Shown here piece after piece: positions 7,906 to 15,120 of a stretch of DNA of 15,120 nucleotides; position 1 is the stretch's first letter; every line of letters begins with the position of its first letter. This DNA comes from Gemmatimonadota bacterium (GTDB lineage: Bacteria > Gemmatimonadota > Gemmatimonadetes > Gemmatimonadales > GWC2-71-9). Made by a program: the position numbers and the translations under genes. The DNA lies in assembly GCA_036679645.1 (NCBI GenBank), contig JAZDCY010000082.1, positions 1-15,120 on the forward strand. The letters run 5' to 3'. A model generated the notes under the pieces. It was not told the DNA's origin. It was given only the letters and a program-made list of their open reading frames with translations, and ran no database searches.

Positions 7906-10900
7906 ATGATCGATTTTCGCAGCACGAGAGAGCCTCGGGGCTCGAGCTTCGACTTCATTCAGATCCGGATTGCCTCTCCCGAGGAAATCCGTGGCCCGCG
8001 CGATCCCAAGGAACGCGATCGGCTGGCGCTCCAGGGACAGCGGACGTGGTGGTCGTGGGGCGAGGTGACCAAGCCCGAGACGATCAACTACCGGTCCTTC
8101 AAGCCGGAAAAGGACGGTCTCTTCTGCGAGCGGACTTTCGGTCCGGTCAAGGACTGGGAGTGCCACTGCGGGAAGTACAAACGGATCCGATATCGGGGCG
8201 TCATCTGCGATCGCTGTGGGGTCGAGGTCACGCTCTCCAAGGTGCGGCGCGAGCGGATGGGGCATATCGAGCTCGCCGTACCCGTTGCGCACATCTGGTT
8301 CTTCAAGACGCTACCGAGCCCCATGGGGAACCTGCTCGACCTGACGCTGAAGGATCTCGAGCGGGTGATCTATTACACGAACTACGTGGTAATCGACCCC
8401 GGGGCACAGGAAGTCGAGATCAGGGAGCTGCTGGACGAAGAGAAATACCTCGAAGTGCGCGCGAAGGCGAAGGCCGAAGGGGATTCGGCGTTCAAAGCGG
8501 ATATTGGCGCGCCGGCGGTGCGCGAGCTGTTGCGTCGCCTGGACATCGACAAGGTGTCCGATGAACTCCGGGCGGGGGTTCTCACGGAGACGAGTCAGCA
8601 TCGCAAGAAGCAGATGCTCAAGCGCCTGAAGATCCTCGACGCGTTTCGGACGTCGGGCGACCGCGGCGACGTGCGCAACGACCCCGCGTGGATGATCCTG
8701 GACGTGGTGCCGGTCATTCCGCCCGACCTGCGTCCACTGGTGCCGCTCGATGGTGGGCGCTTCGCAACGAGTGACCTGAACGATCTCTACCGGCGCGTGA
8801 TCAATCGGAACAACCGGTTGCAGAAATTGATCCAACACCGGGCGCCCGAGGTGATTCTCCGCAACGAGAAGCGGATGTTGCAGGAAGCCGTCGACGCGCT
8901 GTTTGACAACGGCCGCCGGTCCAAAGCGATCCGGGGTCGGGGCAAGCGGCCGCTGAAATCATTGTCAGACATGCTGAAGGGCAAACAGGGACGGTTCCGC
9001 CAGAACCTGCTGGGCAAGCGTGTGGACTACTCGGGCCGGTCGGTCATCGTAGTGGGGCCGGAACTGCGGCTCCATCAGTGCGGGCTGCCCAAGACGATGG
9101 CGGTGGAGTTGTTCAAGCCGTTCATCATCCACAAGCTGGTGGAGAAGGGCATCGCCGAGACCGTGAAACGGGCCAAGAAGATCGTGGAGCGCGAGAGCCC
9201 GGAAGTATACGAGATCCTAGAAGAGATCATTCAGGATCATCCGGTTCTTCTCAACCGGGCCCCAACGCTGCATCGACTGGGCATCCAGGCGTTCGAGCCC
9301 GTCCTCGTTGAGGGCAAGGCGATTCGGATCCATCCGCTGGTGTGCGCTGCGTTCAACGCTGACTTCGACGGCGATCAGATGGCCGTACACGTTCCGCTTT
9401 CCTTCGAAGCCCAGCTCGAGGCGCGCGTGCTGATGATCTCGAGCAACAACGTGCTCAAGCCGTCCGACGGCCGGCCGGTGGCCGAGCCGAGTCAGGACAT
9501 GGTGCTCGGGTGCTATTTCGTTACGAAAGCCCCACCCAATTTTGCGGAGATGATCGATACGGCTCCGCGGCTCGGGTCGCTGGCGGAAGTGGAGATGGCG
9601 ATCGCGACGGGGCGGCTGGAGTACCACTCCCCGATCCATTTCTGGTATGAGGTGCCGCCGGAGGATACGGAGCGGAAAGACGATTGGATCCCGACGACCG
9701 CAGGTCGGGTGCTGTTCAACAGCATCCTGCCGCAGCAGTTGCTGGCCGAACTCGGGTTTGCCAACAGCGTGATGGGGAAGCGAACGCTCTCCAATGTGGT
9801 GTTCGAATCGTACCGGCGCGCTGGGTTGACGGAGACCGTCGAGTTTCTCGATCGGTTGAAGGATTTCGGGTTTGGCTACGCGACGCAGGGTGGCGTCTCG
9901 ATTGGGGTGGAGGATCTCGCTATTCCGCACGAGAAGACACAAATCCTAAATGATGCCGGCGCGCGGGTGGAGCGCTTCCAACGCGCCTATGCTGCGGGGC
10001 AGATCACGTTCGGCGAGCGCTACAACAAGGTCATCGATGCGTGGACGCACGCCAACACGGACATCGCCGAGGCGATGGTAGAAGGTCTGCGGACTGCCGC
10101 GGACGGCTACAACCCGGTGTACATGATGTTCGATTCGGGAAGCCGCGGAAGCCGTGACCAGATCCGGCAGTTGGCGGGCATGCGTGGCCTGATGGCCAAG
10201 CCTCAGAAGAAGCTCACTGGTGGGATTGGTGAGGTGATCGAGAGTCCCATCCGGTCGAACTTCCGTGAGGGGCTCACGGTGTTGGAGTACTTCATCTCCA
10301 CGCACGGAGCACGCAAAGGCCTCGCTGACACCGCGCTCAAGACCGCCGACGCCGGATACCTGACCAGACGGCTCGTGGACGTGGCGCAGGATGTGACGGT
10401 GACCGAGGAAGACTGTGGCACGATCCTCGGGCTCGAGGTGACGTCGCTCAAGGAGGGTGAAGACGTCATCGAGCCGCTCCGGGAACGGATCTCCGGAACG
10501 GTGGCGGCTGAGGATATCTACGATCCGCACGAGTTGGACAGTCACGGGGACCCCAAGCTGCTGGCTGCGGCGGGTGAGTTGATCGGGGAGGACACGGCGC
10601 CGGAGATCGAGCACGCCGGTCTCGACGCGGTGACCATTCGATCGGTGCTTACCTGTGAGGCACGACGCGGTGTCTGCCGGATGTGCTATGGGCGGAACCT
10701 CGCCACGATGCAGATGGTGGACCTGGGCGAGGCCGTTGGGATTCTGGCTGCCCAGTCGATCGGGGAGCCGGGTACGCAGCTCACGCTGCGGACCTTCCAC
10801 ATCGGCGGTACCTCGGCGCGCATCGCCGAGCGGACCGAACGCCACACCAAGCTCGACGGCAAGATCAGTTTCGGCGACCGCCTCTCTGTCGTGGAGGTCA

Positions 10901-12228
10901 ACGGCAGGAAGATCGTGACGGGATACGAAGGGGAACTCGTCCTCACGGAGGAGGACGGAAAGGTGCTCTCGCGCTTCCAGGTGCCGCTTGGCGCGACGCT
11001 CGCCGTAGAAGACGGCGTTGAGATCGCCAAGAACGGGTTGCTCTTCGAATGGGACCCGTACACTAACCCGATCATCACCGATATTGCCGGCAAGGTGCGT
11101 TTCGTCGATATCGTCGATGACGAGACGGTGCGCGAGGAGCTGGACGAGATCACGGGTCTACGGCAGCGCGTGATCATCGAGGATCGCGACAAGAAGCTCC
11201 ACCCGCACATCGAGATGGTGCAGACGATCAAGGGCGGCAAAGAGCGTAGGATTCGCGACTACGTCATCCCGGAAGGCGCGCAGCTCACGGTCGAGGATGG
11301 TGAGCTGGTGGAGGCGGGCAGCACGCTGTCCAAGATCTCCCGCGAGGCGTACAAGACGCGTGATATCACCGGTGGTCTCCCGCGGGTGGCAGAACTGTTC
11401 GAGGCACGGCGGCCAAAAGACCCCGCGACGATCTCCGAGATCGATGGCGTGGTGAAGTTCGGCGACATCAAGCGTGGCAAGCGCGAGATCTTCGTGCATC
11501 CGGAGCAGGGCGATCCGCAGCTATACGAGGTCCCCGCTGGCAAGCACCTGCGCATTCACGAGGGCGACAAGGTCCGGGCGGGCGATAGGCTGACCGAGGG
11601 GCCGGTAAACCCGCACGATATTCTCCGGATCAAGGGACCGCGGGCCGTGCAGGAGTACCTCCTCAATGAGGTGCAGGAGGTCTACCGGCTTCAGGGCGTC
11701 AAGATCAATGACAAGCACATCGGCGTCATCGTGCGGCAGATGCTCCAGAAGGTGCGGGTGGTCAGTCCGGGCGACGCGGGATTCTTGGAAGGAGAGAACG
11801 TCGATAAAGTCGTGTTCCGCGACCGGAACGAGCGCGTGATGAAGAAGTCCGCGACGCCCGCCGTCAGCGAGCCGTTGCTGCTCGGGATCACCAAGGCATC
11901 GCTCACGACGCAGTCCTTCATCTCGGCAGCCTCCTTCCAGGAGACTACTCGCGTGCTCACCGATGCGGCCATGCGCGGGGCGAAGGACGATCTCCTGGGG
12001 CTCAAGGAGAACATCATCATTGGGCACCTGATCCCCGCCGGGACCGGAATCTACCGGTACTCGGAGATCGAGATCGAGCCGCCTGCGGGCTTCGAGCCCC
12101 CGCCGCCTCCGGTCGAGGAAGAAGCGGGGGCAGGGGCGGGAGCGCCGAGCCCGTTTGTGACGGCTCCGCTGCCCCCGGCAAGTCCGGCGACGCCGTTGGC
12201 CAAGGAGGCGGCGGCGAAGACGCAGTAG
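7906..12228 (+). CDS. rpoC: DNA-directed RNA polymerase subunit beta' (1440 aa)
   Basis: Catalytic NADFDGD, N-terminal zinc ribbon ([15 protein letters not shown]), [47 protein letters not shown] 7906 with GGGAG upstream; the ORF-track start at 7864 overlaps rpoB. Confidence 0.99.
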   Translation: MIDFRSTREPRGSSFDFIQIRIASPEEIRGPRDPKERDRLALQGQRTWWSWGEVTKPETINYRSFKPEKDGLFCERTFGPVKDWECHCGKYKRIRYRGVICDRCGVEVTLSKVRRERMGHIELAVPVAHIWFFKTLPSPMGNLLDLTLKDLERVIYYTNYVVIDPGAQEVEIRELLDEEKYLEVRAKAKAEGDSAFKADIGAPAVRELLRRLDIDKVSDELRAGVLTETSQHRKKQMLKRLKILDAFRTSGDRGDVRNDPAWMILDVVPVIPPDLRPLVPLDGGRFATSDLNDLYRRVINRNNRLQKLIQHRAPEVILRNEKRMLQEAVDALFDNGRRSKAIRGRGKRPLKSLSDMLKGKQGRFRQNLLGKRVDYSGRSVIVVGPELRLHQCGLPKTMAVELFKPFIIHKLVEKGIAETVKRAKKIVERESPEVYEILEEIIQDHPVLLNRAPTLHRLGIQAFEPVLVEGKAIRIHPLVCAAFNADFDGDQMAVHVPLSFEAQLEARVLMISSNNVLKPSDGRPVAEPSQDMVLGCYFVTKAPPNFAEMIDTAPRLGSLAEVEMAIATGRLEYHSPIHFWYEVPPEDTERKDDWIPTTAGRVLFNSILPQQLLAELGFANSVMGKRTLSNVVFESYRRAGLTETVEFLDRLKDFGFGYATQGGVSIGVEDLAIPHEKTQILNDAGARVERFQRAYAAGQITFGERYNKVIDAWTHANTDIAEAMVEGLRTAADGYNPVYMMFDSGSRGSRDQIRQLAGMRGLMAKPQKKLTGGIGEVIESPIRSNFREGLTVLEYFISTHGARKGLADTALKTADAGYLTRRLVDVAQDVTVTEEDCGTILGLEVTSLKEGEDVIEPLRERISGTVAAEDIYDPHELDSHGDPKLLAAAGELIGEDTAPEIEHAGLDAVTIRSVLTCEARRGVCRMCYGRNLATMQMVDLGEAVGILAAQSIGEPGTQLTLRTFHIGGTSARIAERTERHTKLDGKISFGDRLSVVEVNGRKIVTGYEGELVLTEEDGKVLSRFQVPLGATLAVEDGVEIAKNGLLFEWDPYTNPIITDIAGKVRFVDIVDDETVREELDEITGLRQRVIIEDRDKKLHPHIEMVQTIKGGKERRIRDYVIPEGAQLTVEDGELVEAGSTLSKISREAYKTRDITGGLPRVAELFEARRPKDPATISEIDGVVKFGDIKRGKREIFVHPEQGDPQLYEVPAGKHLRIHEGDKVRAGDRLTEGPVNPHDILRIKGPRAVQEYLLNEVQEVYRLQGVKINDKHIGVIVRQMLQKVRVVSPGDAGFLEGENVDKVVFRDRNERVMKKSATPAVSEPLLLGITKASLTTQSFISAASFQETTRVLTDAAMRGAKDDLLGLKENIIIGHLIPAGTGIYRYSEIEIEPPAGFEPPPPPVEEEAGAGAGAPSPFVTAPLPPASPATPLAKEAAAKTQ

Positions 12229-12390
12229 CGGCCGGTGGTGCCACCAACGCGGCAATACGTAGCGTTTTTGCACTGAACGACGCTTGTGCAGGAACCGTAG
12301 GTCCCGTTCGGCGGTTATGCAAGAAAAGACACCTTGACCGCCATGTATGTCGTCTGCTGAGTATCCTATCCCGACCTCCACCACCGCCCC

Positions 12391-12405
12391 CAGTCTAGCA
12401 GACTG
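12391..12405. repeat. Perfect 6-3-6 inverted repeat CAGTCT-AGC-AGACTG
   Basis: Directly visible about 50 nt upstream of the kinase start; function unknown. Confidence 0.5.
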
Positions 12406-12455
12406 CGGCCGTTACGCAGGACCCCAAGTTCGGCACCCTTCAGTGGCAAGTCGTC

Positions 12456-14609
12456 GTGATGGGCATCACCATGGCTGACCGCGCGACCGGCCAGGGGGGG
12501 GCATGGGCCGCGCGCCGCTGGGAGCTGGTGGCAAGCGTTGCGGGAGCGGTCACCGCGACACTCGGAGTCGTGGTGCTGGTGGGCTGGTACACCCACACGG
12601 TGATCCTGATACAGGTACTGCCGGCGTTGGTACCGATGCAGTACAACACTGCGCTGGGCTTCCTGCTATGCGGCATCGGGTTGGTAGCTCTGGTGCACGA
12701 CCGTACCCGACTGGCGGTGGTCTTGGGATCGGTTGCCGGGGCGGTCGGTCTCCTGACGTTGATCGAGTACGCCTTTGGGGTGCAGTTCGGGATCGATCAG
12801 CTCTTCCTCGAGCATTACATCACGGTCCAGTCGTCCCATCCCGGGCGCATGGCGCCCAACACCGCGCTGTCCTTCTCGCTGACCGCTGCCGCGCTCATCG
12901 TTGCGGCCCGATCGAAGCAGCCGGGCCGGCACTTCAAGCTTGTCGGTGCTCTCGGGGTGGTCGTGCTCTCTCTCAGCAGCATTGCTCTCTTGGGATACGT
13001 GACGCGAGCGGGGACGGCGTACGGGTGGGGCCAAATGACGCGAATGGCGGTGCACACCTCCGCTGGCTTCGTGTCACTCTCTTTGGGCATCCTAACCATC
13101 GTATTCCGTGAGAGCGTTATCTGGGCAGCTACGTCGAGTGCGCTCGTTTCTGACAAGCTGGTGCACGAGCGCCGCAAGATCGTGGCCGCGTCTGTCGGCA
13201 TCATGACACTGTTCTCGATGGTCGTGGGATGGACCATCATACGAGAACTGTACAGCACTGGGCTCGAAGCGCAGCGAGACCGTCTTGCCGAACTGGTTCG
13301 AAGCCGGATTCGGATGATCGATGCAGTGGCTCGGATCGAGGAGCGAACCAGGCAAGACGCGCCTGGCGGCGCGCGCGCGGCCATCCTGAGGCACATCCTT
13401 GAGCCTCTCGAGGGCTCTCCAGGCTTCGGACAGACCGGCGAGTTCACGCTTGGGAGGCGGGAAGGCGACGAGGTCATGTTCATCGTGAGACCTCCGCGCG
13501 CAGGTCCGGATTTCGTCGCAGACGTGGGGCTCGGCTCGGCTCGAGTCGAGGCAATGCGACGTGCACTGGACGGTGAATCTGGCACACTCATCGGGATCGA
13601 CTATTCAGGCGAACGCGTAGTTGCGGCCTACGCGCCTGTGGCCCCGCTCGATCTTGGCATCGTGGCCAAGATGAATCTCGCCGAGGTTCGCGCACCATTT
13701 GTAGGAAGCGCCTTCCTGACAGCGACCATCGCGCTCGTGATCATCGCGATTGGCGCCGGCGCCACCATGGTGAGCATCGACCCGCTCGCCCGGCGTGTGG
13801 AGACGCAGGCCATGTACTTGCACTTGGCAAACGCCGAGTTGACACGCGAGGCTGCCAAACGCGAGGAGCTGAACATCTCTCTCGAGCACCGTGTCGCCGA
13901 GCGAACGGCGGAGCTGGAGGCGGCAAACAGTGAACTCGAGGCATTCGCGTATTCGGTCTCCCATGACTTGAAGGCCCCACTCCGTGCCATAGATGGATAT
14001 TCCGGGAAGCTCGCGGAGGAACTGGACGGGCGCCTTAATCCGGAGAGTCGGCGCCTGCTGGATGTGGTGCGGCAAAGAGCACAGTACATGGGCCGGCTGA
14101 TTGACGAGCTGCTCGCATTCTCGCGTATTGGCCGAGTGACGTTGACATGTATCGACGTGGACATGCACGAGCTGGCTCAGACCACGTTCGAGGAGCTTGC
14201 CGCGACGCATGCTGGGCGCAACATCGAGTTCGCCGTGGGCGACCTGCCCACCGTATGTACTGACTTCGATCTGATACGGCAGGTGTGGGCAAACCTGTTG
14301 GACAATGCGATCAAGTTTACCGGTCAGCGTGAGGTGGCGAGCATCGAGGTCGGGTATCGGGAGGATGCAGATGGGCACGTGTTCAGCGTGCGGGACAACG
14401 GCGCGGGATTCGACATGGAGTACGGGGACAAGTTGTTCGGGGTGTTTCAGCGGCTCCACTATGAGGATGAGTTCCCGGGAACCGGAGTGGGTCTGGCAAC
14501 CGTGAGACGGATCGTCGAGCGACACGGAGGAGACGCGTGGGCTGAGGGTGAGGTCGATCGCGGGGCCACCATCTTCTTCCGGCTGCCCCGCACCGAAGGA
14601 ACAACATGA
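12456..14609 (+). CDS. Membrane-bound sensor histidine kinase (multi-TM N-terminus, Cache/PDC-like domain, HisKA, HATPase_c; Cph1/BphP-type kinase core)
   Basis: H-box FAYSVSHDLKAPLRAI (His codon 13962-64), N-box QVWANLLDNAIKF, G1 VRDNGAGF, F-box LFGVFQRLH, G2 GTGVGLA. About 8 hydrophobic segments. Start ambiguous (GTG 12456, ATG 12459, ATG 12471). Confidence 0.95.
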   Translation: MMGITMADRATGQGGAWAARRWELVASVAGAVTATLGVVVLVGWYTHTVILIQVLPALVPMQYNTALGFLLCGIGLVALVHDRTRLAVVLGSVAGAVGLLTLIEYAFGVQFGIDQLFLEHYITVQSSHPGRMAPNTALSFSLTAAALIVAARSKQPGRHFKLVGALGVVVLSLSSIALLGYVTRAGTAYGWGQMTRMAVHTSAGFVSLSLGILTIVFRESVIWAATSSALVSDKLVHERRKIVAASVGIMTLFSMVVGWTIIRELYSTGLEAQRDRLAELVRSRIRMIDAVARIEERTRQDAPGGARAAILRHILEPLEGSPGFGQTGEFTLGRREGDEVMFIVRPPRAGPDFVADVGLGSARVEAMRRALDGESGTLIGIDYSGERVVAAYAPVAPLDLGIVAKMNLAEVRAPFVGSAFLTATIALVIIAIGAGATMVSIDPLARRVETQAMYLHLANAELTREAAKREELNISLEHRVAERTAELEAANSELEAFAYSVSHDLKAPLRAIDGYSGKLAEELDGRLNPESRRLLDVVRQRAQYMGRLIDELLAFSRIGRVTLTCIDVDMHELAQTTFEELAATHAGRNIEFAVGDLPTVCTDFDLIRQVWANLLDNAIKFTGQREVASIEVGYREDADGHVFSVRDNGAGFDMEYGDKLFGVFQRLHYEDEFPGTGVGLATVRRIVERHGGDAWAEGEVDRGATIFFRLPRTEGTT

Positions 14610-15040
14610 GCGAGTCCTCCGTCGAGGTTCTCATCGTCGAGGATGACCCTCACGATGCGGAACTCATAGCAGATGCCCTCGAGCGGCAGCACCTGAAGGA
14701 GCGTCGCGACGTCGCGCGCGATGGCGTGGAGGCGCTGGACGTTCTCTTTGGTTCAGGTACGTTGGTGCCGCCCCGTCTGATACTGCTCGACCTGAAATTG
14801 CCCAAGGTCGACGGGTTCGAGGTGCTGCGCCGCATCAAGCATGATGACCGCACGAGGTACACACCGGTTGTCGTACTGACGTCGTCGCATATGGACTGCG
14901 ATATCAAGACAGCCTACGCCCTTGGGGCAAACAGCTACGTCGTCAAGCCGTCGCAGTACGAAGTGTTCATGGAGACACTGGGTGAGGTCGCAGTCTATTG
15001 GCTGCGGGTCAATCGCTGTGCAACCCCGTCCGATGTATAG
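14606..15040 (+). CDS. Single-domain response regulator, Rcp1-like
   Basis: VLIVEDD, LILLDLKLPKVDG (D62 phosphoacceptor), PVVVLTSS, AYALGANSYVVKP, C-terminal YWL. ATGA overlap with the kinase stop and GAAGGA upstream. Confidence 0.95.
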   Translation: MSESSVEVLIVEDDPHDAELIADALERQHLKERRDVARDGVEALDVLFGSGTLVPPRLILLDLKLPKVDGFEVLRRIKHDDRTRYTPVVVLTSSHMDCDIKTAYALGANSYVVKPSQYEVFMETLGEVAVYWLRVNRCATPSDV

Positions 15041-15049
15041 AGCGTCCGG

Positions 15050-15120
15050 ATGACGGAGTCCTTAGTCACGGGCGAACGCGTTCTGCTGGTCGACGACGAT
15101 GCCGAGGAGTTGGCACAGTG
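15050..15120 (+). CDS. N-terminus of a receiver-domain protein (3' truncated by window)
   Basis: Manual translation MTESLVTGERVLLVDDDAEELAQ...; RVLLVDDD is the beta1/acidic pocket of a REC domain. Starts 9 nt after the previous stop. Confidence 0.75.
   Translation, partial: MTESLVTGERVLLVDDDAEELAQ

Noticed and set aside
12234..12290. Intrinsic terminator or NtrC-type site after rpoC (GGTGG/CCACC; TGCAC-N12-GTGCA)
   Set aside because: The stem is very short and not adjacent to the T-run; the TGCAC/GTGCA spacing is 12 rather than the 7 of NtrC boxes; no sigma54 GG-N10-GC consensus found nearby.
12334..12367. sigma70 promoter TTGACC...TATCCT
   Set aside because: The spacer is 22 nt, too long for a canonical -35/-10 pair.

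Overview
GC-rich bacterial window, with all supported genes on the + strand. Positions 1-12228 are the conserved translation/transcription cluster: 3' end of tuf, then rpmG, secE, nusG, rplK, rplA, rplJ, rplL, rpoB and rpoC. The RNA polymerase insertion pattern tentatively suggests Gemmatimonadota (inference, not tested). After rpoC the common rpsL-rpsG-fusA continuation is absent. An accessory signalling operon starts instead: an ~8-TM histidine kinase (3x repeated membrane module, Cache-like domain, Cph1/BphP-type kinase core), an Rcp1-like single-domain response regulator, and the start of another receiver-domain protein cut by the window end. I found no CRISPR array, mobile element, intein or RNA gene, and no clearly novel multi-gene system. 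The best leads are a ~160-aa insertion near the RpoB C-terminus, an ~80-nt hairpin covering the rpoB ribosome-binding site, loss of the L10 leader (rplA/rplJ overlap), and the repeat architecture of the kinase membrane domain.
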